From Nemertoderma westbladi (taxonomy: Eukaryota; Animalia; Xenacoelomorpha): DNA of 64,000 bases. Numbering within the stretch: position 1 is the first letter of the stretch; each line of letters opens with the position of its first letter. Below are positions 35,901-47,804 of the stretch, piece after piece. A program made the translations under genes and the position numbers. Location: contig JAUCBJ010009163.1 in assembly GCA_032718475.1 (NCBI GenBank), forward strand, positions 124,001-188,000. Direction: 5' to 3'. The notes under the pieces were generated by a model. It was not told where the DNA came from. It worked only from the letters and a program-made list of their open reading frames with translations, and searched no databases.

Positions 35901-37515
35901 ATTAATAAATGTATCCACGGCCCTTGGCTCCTCGAAAATATTCGAGCCGGTCCCGCTCTCAGACGCCCCTATCCGCGCCAGTTCTAGTTCGCGCGTGCGT
36001 CTAGCTTTGTACTCTATAAGCTCGCTTTGCTGTCTTTCCAACTCTTTTCGCTCACGCTCCTCTCTTGCCATTCTCTCCCGTTCCTCCCGTGCGTTTTGGT
36101 CGGCCAATTCCGCCTCTCTCTGAGCTCCCTCCCTTCGCCTCGCCTCACGCTCTCTACGCTCACTTTCCTCTCTCGCCTCACGTTCCTTGCGTTCATTTTC
36201 CTCTCTCGCCTCACGTTCCTTGCGTTCCTTTTCCTCTCTTGCCTCACGTTCCTTGCGTTCCGCCTCACGCTCTTTGCATTCACTTTTCTCTCTCGCCACA
36301 CGTTCCTTGCGTTCATTTTCTTCTCTCGCCTCACGTTCCTTGCGTTCCGCCTCACGCTCTTTGCGTTCACTTTTCTCTCTCGCCACACGCTCCTCTTGTT
36401 CCTTCCTCCCTATTTCCTCACACTCTCTAAGGCTTCTCGCGGCCCTTTCGGCCTTCTCTCTGGTTTCTCTAATCAGTACCGCTTCCCTCTCTAATTGTAT
36501 TCTCCCCTCCTCTAACCGTCTATTTAACTCTCTCTGACCTTGCTCTATCAGGTCGAGATGGTACGTGGCATTTATCTCTCTCACCCGTCTTTATTTTATG
36601 GAGGATCTAGCAGACTTATCGGTTACGACGGATTCCCTCCGCCTTCCCGACCTACTAACTCTCCCCCCCCCTCCCAGAACTTCCCCCGACCGACGAGATC
36701 GAATCCTCGGCCTCAACCTCGGATTCGCCCTCCTCAGGTCTCCTCCAACCCACAAATTTTACACCCTGGGCATCGACTAAGTATGGCCCTACGTACACTG
36801 TACTAGGTTGCATACCCCTACACCGCCATAAATCACACAGTTCCTCTGCAACCCCTCTCGCTCTCTCCTTGGCCAGTTCTCTCTGCCCGAAACGCATTAG
36901 ATAGCTAAAATGTCTATCCGACTCACCTAGTCCTGTTGTCAACTTCACCTCATCTATCTTCGCCCCCTCCTTGGCCTCCATAAGTAGCTTCCGGGTCGCG
37001 TTGTAGGCCCGTCGAAGTCGATCAGAAACCCCGACGTCCTCGTCGCCGACCTCTCCTCCATCTCTCCGGGTCCGACGTCGTACCGGCGGCCCCACCGTCG
37101 CCGTTCCGGTGGGCCGTCCGTCGCCCTCGGCCTGTGGCTGGCCGGCGACATCGGTATCGACATCTCCCTCATCTCTCCGGGTCCGGCGTTGTACCGTCGG
37201 TCCCACCGTCGCCGTTTCGGTGGGCCGTTTGTCGCCCTCGGCCTGTGGCTGGCCGGCGACATCGGCACGTCGACCCTCGTTCCGTGTCGACTCGTCTTCT
37301 TCTCCGTCCCTCTTGCCCTCTCCTTCTCCCAACTCGGCTCCCAGTTCTCTCGGCTCGATCTCTGACTCCAGACGGTCCCCTCCATCCTGATCTGCTGGAT
37401 GACCCGTTACCGATGGGTCTGGCGTCGTGGGCCTATACTGTCTGGTCGCGGCCTCGCGGATCATTAGTTCTTCGTCCGGGGCCCGCGTCGGTGTTGTCTC
37501 TCCTGACTGACTCAT
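32918..37515 (-). pseudogene. gag of element C, interrupted by frameshifts and a premature TAA
   Basis: ORFs 36655-37515, 35808-36584 (E/R/K repeat), 35413-35742 (Asn-rich), 34783-35370, 34271-34978 and 33096-34364 (FDGSRPEEYLQF Gag core); TAA at 33098-33096 falls inside the first zinc knuckle, followed by CSRCVTGGHRARQC. Confidence 0.88.
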
Positions 37516-37571
37516 ACTTTAGATTGGTGGCTGGTAGTCACTGTTTAGCTAACTAGGGGTGGCAGCTTGGT

Positions 37572-37580
37572 TTCAATCAC
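37572..37580 (-). other. Non-tRNA primer-binding site of element C, complementary to its own LTR
   Basis: Minus-strand GTGATTGAA abuts the LTR; complement TTCAATCAC at 37770-37762. Confidence 0.78.
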
Positions 37581-38123
37581 TGTGACGGGATCCACGAAGG
37601 ATCCCGATTTATCCGTTTGTCAATCTACGCGTCCCCGCCGTGTGTGAAAGGTAAAAGAGTTTGCGTTGTTCGTCGTATATAATTTCCGGGTATAATAGAT
37701 AGATATAAATAGTATGTTGTAATGTAGAGACTGAATGTTGATATATGGAAGGCGGGATACGGTGATTGAAGTCCCGGTACTTCCCTAGCTAAACTAACCT
37801 AACTAACACCAATAACACACTGAGATAACTGAATAACTGATTGCTGGTACCTAATAATATATTGCACGGTTTGGCCTTGCTACAGTACCTAGCCGATTCT
37901 TCCCCCCCTGATTGGCTAATATCCCTGTTGGCGCCCTTTGGAGTGTTCCCGTTCACTCCAGCTATTCTCTCTCTGTTAGGGGTTTGGCCCCTGACCCTCA
38001 TTGTGCCGTTTCTCCTTCCCACTTTGTTGGGGTGACACGAGTTATTGGTTACCCAATCTCGTGGCCCCCAATATTGTTTAACGGTCTACTTTATGGGTGT
38101 TAGCGGAATTGAATAAGCTAACA
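37581..38123 (-). repeat. 5' LTR of element C (543 bp)
   Basis: TG...CA ends; repeat of 26674-27217. Confidence 0.95.
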
Positions 38124-41100
38124 AAGTGGCAGGAGCTAAAGTTATTATGTAATGCAATAATTCACCTCCAATATCTCAGCTATTTCATGAACATAATGAA
38201 GTATTAAAGCCATGTCAAAATCTTTGGTGTTTTTCTGCAATAATTTATCAAAATATCCTCTGATTTTTTACGAAAACCATATCGATTTTCATATTTATAA
38301 CTTCTAACCCACTCCACGAGATAGCGAATCTTAAATGAAAGTCAAAAGAACAGGTAACACTTACATTAATAGAAGTAATCAGCTGTTATTTGCTACATCT
38401 TTCTGCCAGAGATGGATGAATTTTGATTGTGTCAGAACACCCCCTATCTGTGGATGTCTGAGTGGAGAGATAAGTATCCTATCTCCCTGTTACTATTGTT
38501 GTGTTCTACAGTATAATATTTATTATAGTTTCATCGTATTGCCAAAGTGACTGGAGCTGAAGTTTACTCATAATACAATAATTCACCTCAAATTTCTCAG
38601 CAATTTCATGAACATAATGAAGTATTAAAGCCATGTCAAAATCCTTGGTGTTTTTCTGCAATAATTTATCAAAATATCCTCTGATTTTTTACGAAAACCT
38701 TATCGATTTTCATATTTATAACTTCTAACCCACTCCACGAGATAGCGAATCTTAAATGAAAGTCAAAATAACAGGTAACACTTACATTAATAGAAGTAAT
38801 CAGCTGTTATTTGCCTCATCTTTCTGCCAGAGATGGATGAATTTTGATTGTGTCAGAACACCCCCTATCTGTGGTTGTATGAGTGGAGATATAAGTAGCC
38901 TATCTCCCTATTAATATTGTTGTGTTCTAGAATATTTTTTATAGTTTCATCGTATTGCCAAAGTTACTAGAGCTGAAGTTAACTCATAATACAATAATTC
39001 ACCTCAAATATCTCAGCTATTTCATGAACATAATGAAGTATTAAAGCCATGTCAAAATCCTTGGTATTTTTCTACAATAATTTATCAAAATATCCTCTGA
39101 TTCTTTACTATATCCATATCGATTTTAATATTTATAACTTTTAACCCATTCGACGAGATAGATAATCTGAAATGAAAATCAAAAGAACAGGAAAAACATA
39201 CATTTATAGATGTAATCAGTTGTTATTTGCTACGTCTTTCCGCTGGAGATGGATGAATTTTGATTGTGTCACAACACCCCCTATCTGTGGCTTTCTGAGT
39301 GGAGATATACCTCAAATATCACAGCTATTTCATGAACATAATGAAGTATTAAAGCCATATCAAAATACTTGGTGTTTTTCTGTAATAATTTATCAAAATA
39401 TCCTCTGGTTTTTTTCAAAAACCACATCGATTTTCTTATTTATATCTTCTAACCCACTCCACGAGATAGAGAATCTTAAATGAAAGTCAAAAGAACAGGT
39501 AACACTTACATTTATAGAAGTAATCAGCTGTTATTTGCTACGTCTTTCCGCTGAAGATGAATGAATTTTGATTGTGTCAGAACACCCCCTATCTGTGGCT
39601 TTCTGAGTGGAGATATAAGTAGCCTATCTCCAAATTAATATTGTTGTGTTCTAGAATATTTTTTATAGTTTCATCGTATTGCCAAAGTGACTAGAGCTGA
39701 AGGTAACTCATAATACAATAATTCACCTCAAATATCTCAGCTATTTCATGAACATAATGAAGTATTAAAGCCATGTCAAAATCATTGGTGTTTTTCTGCA
39801 ATAATTTATCAAAATATCCTCTGATTTTTTTCAAAAACCACATCGATTTTCTTATTTATATCCTCTAACCCACTTCACGAGATAGAGAATCTTAAATGAA
39901 AGTCAAAAGAACAGGTAACACTTACATTTATAGAAGTAATCAGCTGTTATTTGCTACGTCTTTCCGCTGAAAATGAATGAAATATTTCATATTTATAACT
40001 TCTATCCCACTCCACGAGATAGAGAATCTTAAATGAACGTCAAAAGAACAGGTAACACTTACATTTATAGCAGTAATCAGCTGTTATTTGCTACATCTTT
40101 CCGCTGGAGATGGATGAATTTTGATTGCATTGGAACACCCCCTATCTGTGGCTGTATGAGTGGAGAGATAAGTAGCCTATCTCCCTGTTAATATTGTTGT
40201 GTTCTAGAATATTTATTATAGTTTCATCGTATTGCTAAAGTGACTAGAGCTGAAGTTAACTCATAATACAATAATTCACCTCAAATATCTCAGCTATTTC
40301 ATGAACATAATGAAGTATTAAAGCCATGTCAAAATCCGTGGTGTTTTTCTGCAATAATTTATCAAAATATCCTCTGTTTTTTTACAAAAAGCATATCGAT
40401 TTTCATATTTATAACTTCTAACCCACTCCAAGAGATAGAGAATCTTAAATGAAAGTCACAAGAACAGGTAACACTTACATTTATAGCAGTAATAAGCTGT
40501 TATATGCTACGTCTTTCCGCTGGAGATGGATGAATTTTGATTGTGTCAGAACTCCGCCTATCTGTGGCTGTCTAAGTGGAGAGATAAGTATCCTATTTCC
40601 GTGTTAATATTGTTGTGTTCTAGAATATTTATTATAGTTTCATCGTATTGCTAAAGTGGCTGGAGCTAAAGTTATTATGTAATGCAATAATTCACCTCAA
40701 ATATCTCAGCTATTTCATGAACATAATGAAGTATTAAAGCCATGTCAAAATCCTTCATGTTTTTCTGCAATAATTTATCTAAATATCCTCTGATTTTTTT
40801 CAAAAACCTTATCGATTTTCATATTTATAACTTCTATCCCACTCCACGAGATAGAGAATCTTAAATGAACGTCAAAAGAACAGGTAACACTTACATTTAT
40901 AGAAGTAATCAGCTATTATTTGCTACGTCTTTCCGCTGGAGATGTATGAATTTTGACTGTGCCAGAACACCCCCTATCTGTGGTTGTATGAGTGGAGAGA
41001 TAAGTAGCTTATCTCCCTATTAATATTGTTGTGTTCTAGAATATTTATTATTGTTTCATCGTATTGCCAAAGTGACTGGAGCTGAAGTTAACTTACAATA

Positions 41101-44100
41101 CTATAATTCACCTCAAATATCTCAGCTATTTCATGAACATAATGAAGTATTAAAGCCATGTCAAAATCCTTGGTGTTTTTCTGCAATAATTTATCAAAAT
41201 ATCCTCTGTTTTTTTCAAAACCATATCGATTTTATATTTATAACTTCTAACCCACTCCACGAGATAGAGAATCTTAAATGAACGTCAAAAGAACAGGTAA
41301 CACTTACATTTATAGAAGTAATCAGCTGTTATTTGCTACGTCTTTCCGCTGAAGATGAATGAATTTTGATTGTGTCAGAACACCCCCTATCTGTGGTTGT
41401 ATGAGTGGAGAGATAAGAAGCTTATCTCCCTATTAATATTGTTGTGTTCTAGAATATTTATTATAGTTTCATCGTATTGCTAAAGTGGCTGGAGCTAAAG
41501 TTATTATGTAATGCAATAATTCACCTCAAATATCTCAGCTATTTCATGAACATAATGAAGTATTAAAGCCAAGTCAAAATCATCGGTGTTTTTCTGCAAT
41601 AATTTATCAAAATATCCTCTGATTTTTTTCAAAAACCATATCGATTTTCTTATTTATATCTTCTAACCCACTCCACGAGATAGAGAACCTTAAATGAAAG
41701 ACAAAAGAACAGGTAACACTTATATTTATAGAAGTAATGAGCTGTTAATTGCTACGTCTCTCCGCTGAAGATGAATGAATTTTGATTGTGTCAGAACACC
41801 CCCTATCTATGGTTGTATGAGTGGAGAGATAAGTAGCCTATCTCCCTATTAATATTGTTGTGTTCTAGAATATTTTTTATAGTTTCATCGTATTGCCAAA
41901 GTGACTGGAGCTAAAGTTATTATGTAATGCAATAATTCACCTCAAATATCTCAGCTATTTCATGAACATAATGAAGTATTAAAGCCATGTCAAAATCCTT
42001 GGTGTTTTTCTGCAATAATTTATCAAAATATCCTCTGATTTTTTACAAAAACCATATCGATTTTCATATTTATAACTTCTATCCCACTCCACGAGATAGA
42101 GAATCTTAAATGAACGTCAAAAGAACTGGTAACACTTACATTTATAGAAGTAATCACCTGTTATTTGCTACGTCTTTCCGCTGGAGATGGATGAATTTTG
42201 ATTGCGTTGGAACACCCCCTATCTGCGGCTTTCAGAGTGGAGAGATAAGTATCCTATCTCCCTATTAATATTGTTGTGTTCTAGAATATTTTTTATAGTT
42301 TCATCGTATTGCCAAAGTTACTAGAGCTGAAGTTAACTCATAATACAATAATTCACCTCAAATATCTCAGCTATTTCATGAACATAATGAAGTATTAAAG
42401 CCATGTCAAAGTCCTTGGTATTTTTCTGCAATAATTTATCAAAATATCCTCTGATTCTTTACTATAACCATATCGATTTTAATATTTATAACTTTTAACC
42501 CACTCCACGAGTTAGATAATCTGAAATGAAAATCAAAAGAACAGGTAAAACTTACATTTATAGATGTAATCAGTTGTTATTTGCTACGTCTTTCCGCTGG
42601 AGATGGATGAATTTTGATTGTGTCAGAACACCCCCTATCTGTGGCTTTCTGAGTGGAGATATAAGTAGCCTATCTCCCTATTAATATTGTTGTGTTCTAG
42701 AATATTTATTATAGTTTCATCGTATTGCTAAAGTGGCTGGAGCTAAAGTTATTATGTAATGCAATAATTCACCTCAAATATCACAGCTATTTCATGAACA
42801 TAATGAAGTATTAAAGCCATATCAAAATACTTGGTGTTTTTCTGTAATAATTTATCAAAATATCCTCTGATTTTTTTAAAAAACCATATCGATTTTCTTA
42901 TTTATATCTTCTAACCCACTCCACGAGATAGAGAATCTTAAATGAAAGTCAAAAGAACGAGTAACACTTACATTTAAAGAAGTAATCAGCTGTTATTTGC
43001 TACATCTTTCCGCTGAAGATGAATGAATTTTGATTGTGTCAGAACACCCCCTATCTGTGGTTGTATGAGTGGAGAGATAAGAAGCCTATCTCCCTATTAA
43101 TATTGCTTTGTTCTAGAATATTTATAATTGTTTCATCGTATTGCCAAAGTGACTGGAGCTGAAGTTAACTTACAATACCTCCAATACTTACAATTCACCT
43201 CAAATATCTCAGCTATTTCATGAACATAATGAAGTATTAAAGCCATGTCAAAATACTTGGTGTTTTTCTGCAATAATTTATCAAAATATCCTCTGTTTTT
43301 TTCAAAACCATATCGATTTTATATTTATAACTTCTAACCCACTCCACGAGATAGAGAATCTTAAATGAACGTCAAAAGAACAGGTAACACTTACATTTAT
43401 AGAAGTAATCAGCTGTTATTTGCTACGTCTTTCCGCTGGAGATGGATGAATTTTGATTGTGTCAGAACACCCCCTATCTGTGGCTTTCTGAGTGGAGAGA
43501 TAAGTAGCCTATCTCCCTATTAATATTGTTGTCTTCAAGAATATTTTTTATTGTTTAATCGTATTGCCAAAGTGAATGGAGCTGAAGTTAACTTATAATA
43601 CTATAATTCACCTCAAATATCTCAGCTATTTCATGAACATAATGAAGTTTTAAAGCCATGTCAAAATCATTGGTGTTTTTTCTGCAATAATTTATCAAAA
43701 TATCCTCTGATTTTTTTAAAAAACCATATCGATTTTCTTATTTATATCTTCTAACCCACTCCACGAGATAGAGAATCTTAAATGAAAGTCAAAAGAACGA
43801 GTAACACTTACATTTAAAGAAGTAATCAGCTGTTATTTGCTACATCTTTCCGCTGAAGATGAATGAATTTTGATTGTGTCAGAACACCCCCTATCTGTGG
43901 TTGTATGAGTGGAGAGATAAGAAGCCTATCTCCCTATTAATATTGCTTTGTTCTAGAATAATTATTATTGTTTCATCGTATTGCTAAAGTAGCTGGAGCT
44001 AAAGTTATTATGTAATGCAATAATTCACCTCAAATATCTCAGCTATTTCATGAACATAATGAAGTAGTAAAGCCAAGTCAAAATCATTGGTGTTTTTCTG

Positions 44101-46552
44101 CAATAATTTATCAAAATATCCTCTGATTTTTTTCAAAAACCATATCGATTTTCTTATTTATATCTTCTAACCCACTCCACGAGATAGAGAATCTTAAATT
44201 AAAGACAAAAGAACAGGTAACACTTACATTTATAGAAGTAATCAGGTGTTATTTGCTACGTCTTTCCGCTGAAAATGAATGAAATATTTCATATTTATAA
44301 CTTCTATCCCACTCCACGAGATAGAGAATCTTAAATGAACGTCAAAAGAACAGGTAACACTTACATTTATAGCAGTAATCAGCTGTTATTTGCTACATCT
44401 TTCCGCTGAAGATGAATGAATTTTGATTGTGTCAGAACACCCCCTATCTGTGGTTGTATGAGTGGAGAGATAAGAAGCTTATCTCCCTATTAATATTGCT
44501 TTGTTCTAGAATATTTATTATAGTTTCATCGTATTGCTAAAGTAGCTGGAGCTAAAGTTATTATGTAATGCAATAATTCACCTCAAATATCTCAGCTATT
44601 TCATGAACATAATGAAGTATTAAAGCCAAGTCAAAATCATTGGTGTTTTTCTGCAATAATTTATCAAAATATCCTCTGATTTTTTTCAAAAACCATATCG
44701 ATTTTCTTATTTATATCTTCTAACCCACTCCACGAGATAGAGAATCTTAAATGAAAGACAAAAGAACAGGAAACACTTATATTTATAGAAGTAATCAGCT
44801 GTTATTTGCTACGTCTTTCCGCTGAAGATGAATGAATTTTGATTGTGTCAGAACACCCCCTATCTATGGTTGTATGAGTGGAGAGATAAGTAGCCTATCT
44901 CCCTATTAATATTGTTGTGTTCTAGAATATTTTTTATAGTTTCATCGTATTGCCAAAGTGACTAGAGCTGAAGGTAACTCATAATACAATAATTCACCTC
45001 AAATATCTCAGCTATTTCATGAACATAATGAAGTATTAAAGCCATGTCAAAATCATTGGTGTTTTTCTGCAATAATTTATCAAAATATCCTCTGATTTTT
45101 TTCAAAAACCACATCGATTTTCTTATTTATATCCTCTAACCCACTCCACGAGATAGAGAATCTTAAATGAAAGTCAAAAGAACAGGTAACACTTACATTT
45201 ATAGAAGTAATCAGGTGTTATTTGCTACGTCTTTCCGCTGAAAATGAATGAAATATTTCATATTTATAACTTCTATCCCACTCCACGAGATAGAGAATCT
45301 TAAATGAACGTCAAAAGAACAGGTAACACTTACATTTATAGCAGTAATCAGCTGTTATTTGCTACATCTTTCCGCTGAAGATGAATGAATTTTGATTGTG
45401 TCAGAACACCCCCTATCTGTGGTTGTATGAGTGGAGAGATAAGAAGCTTATCTCCCTATTAATATTGCTTTGTTCTAGAATATTTATTATAGTTTCATCG
45501 TATTGCTAAAGTAGCTGGAGCTAAAGTTATTATGTAATGCAATAATTCACCTCAAATATCTCAGCTATTTCATGAACATAATGAAGTATTAAAGCCAAGT
45601 CAAAATCATTGGTGTTTTTCTGCAATAATTTATCAAAATATCCTCTGATTTTTTTCAAAAACCATATCGATTTTCTTATTTATATCTTCTAACCCACTCC
45701 ACGAGATAGAGAATCTTAAATGAAAGACAAAAGAACAGGTAACACTTATATTTATAGAAGTAATCAGCTGTTATTTGCTACGTCTTTCCGCTGAAGATGA
45801 ATGAATTTTGATTGTGTCAGAACACCCCCTATCTATGGTTGTATGAGTGGAGAGATAAGTAGCCTATCTCCCTATTAATATTGTTGTGTTCTAGAATATT
45901 TTTTATAGTTTCATCGTATTGCCAAAGTGACTGGAGCTAAAGTTATTATGTAATGCAATAATTCACCTCAAATATCTCAGCTATTTCATGAACATAATGA
46001 AGTATTAAAGCCATGTCAAAATCCTTGGTTTTTTTCTGCAATAATTTATCAAAATATCCTCTGATTTTTTTACAAAAACCATATCGATTTTCATATTTAT
46101 AACTTCTATCCCACTCCACGAGATAGAGAATCTTAAATGAACGTCAAAAGAACTGGTAACACTTACATTTATAGAAGTAATCACCTGTTATTTGCTACGT
46201 CTTTCCGCTGGAGATGGATGAATTTTGATTGCGTTGGAACACCCCCTATCTGCGGCTTTCAGAGTGGAGAGATAAGTATCCTATCTCCCTATTAATATTG
46301 TTGTGTTCTAGAATATTTTTTATAGTTTCATCGTATTGCCAAAGTTACTAGAGCTGAAGTTAACTCATAATACAATAATTCACCTCAAATATCTCAGCTA
46401 TTTCATGAACATAATGAAGTATTAAAGCCATGTCAAAGTCCTTGGTATTTTTCTGCAATAATTTATCAAAATATCCTCTGATTCTTTACTATAACCATAT
46501 CGATTTTCATATTTATAACTTCTATCCCACTCCACGAGATAGAGAATCTTAA
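38124..46552. repeat. 416-bp satellite (block 4) with truncated monomers
   Basis: Continuous monomers; 137-bp variants at ~39970, ~44270 and ~45240. Confidence 0.96.
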
Positions 46553-47804
46553 CCCTATTACCACTGGGGTGTTTTGACCATTAGCACCACTGGGGGGGGC
46601 CGATTCGGCCCGCCCTCTATATTTTTGTAGTCGTCCAATGAAATCCTACAAAATTTGGGCTGTTGGTGAAACAACTATAGATGAACACTACCAAACCTTA
46701 AAAAATTAAAATTTCATAAGCAGGGACTCATAATTTTGATGAAAAATAAAAGTAGTCCCAGGACAAAATTACAAAATTTTTCGTTTTCTAAAAACTAATA
46801 GTGTGGCAGTGTTGGCTAGATTTAGTAGGTTTTTCATGACGCTGAATCGAATGTGATTATATTCCACTTCCAAAAATTGAAGTGGATGCTATTTTTCGTG
46901 CACCTTAGAAGTGGGCGTGGCACTTCAAATTTTGAAAAATTTGATATTCAGAAAATGCCCCTAATTTTTTTATTTCAACGCATCTTTATAGGTTTTCTGG
47001 GCCGCTGAATCGATTGAACGTAATATAGAAGCCTGAAGACTGAGTGGTTCGCCATTTTTGGTGCACCAAAATTAGGGCGTGGCACTTCAAATTTTGAAAA
47101 ATACGAGATTCGGAAAATAAACCAAAATTGAAATTTTATCGCATTTATATAGGTTTTCCAGACCGCTGAATCGATTGAAACTAATATAGAAGCCTGAAGA
47201 CTTAGAAGTTAGCCATTTTTTGAAATCAAAACTTTAGTGTTTTTTCCGAATAAAGTAATTTTGAAAATTTGAAGTGCCACGCCCTAATTTTGGTGCACCA
47301 AAAATGGCGAACCACTAAGTCTTCAGGCTTCTATATTACTTTCAATCGATTCAGCGCTCCAGAAAACCTATAAAAATGCTTTGCAAATCAAAACTTTAGT
47401 GTATTTTCCGAATCTCGTATTTTTCAAAATTTGAAGTGCCACGCCCTAATTTTGGTGCACCAAAAATGGCGAACCACTACACTTACATACTTGTATAGAG
47501 CATTAGAGTGATCCAAACCAATAAAAATAAATAAAAATAGCCCAACCATAAATAATTACTAGATCACGAATGACTTTGTAAAATTCGAAAATTTCAAAAA
47601 ATTTGGTGCTCGAGACCAAATTTTGAGGTGGCACCCACATCGAAAAGTAGAAATCCAATTGCAACGGCGTTTTTTGCAAAAGATGCGGCATTAAATTTGG
47701 CTAATTCTCACAAAAAATTGGGCCGGTACGTAATGTGGTTGCATAGTTACAGCAACTAAAAACTAGGAAGGGGCCGATTCGCCCCCCCCCCAGTGTTAAT
47801 AGGG
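46553..47804. mobile_element. Non-autonomous piggyBac-like DNA transposon (MITE-like, 1252 bp)
   Basis: TIRs CCCTATTACCACTGGGGG and CCCCCAGTGTTAATAGGG (1 mismatch); inserted at a satellite TTAA (46549-46552; right copy reads TTTA); no transposase ORF. Confidence 0.85.

Larger units (their letters stand above)
26674..38123 (-). mobile_element. Full-length but disrupted BEL/Pao LTR retrotransposon C (11.45 kb), related to B
   Basis: LTRs at 26674-27217 and 37581-38123; TSD AAGTG (26669-26673, 38124-38128); domain order gag-PR-RT-RH-IN. Confidence 0.95.

Noticed and set aside
21192-37556. Numerous overlapping plus-strand ORFs within B and C
   Set aside because: Antisense frames of GC-rich gag/pol with no independent motifs
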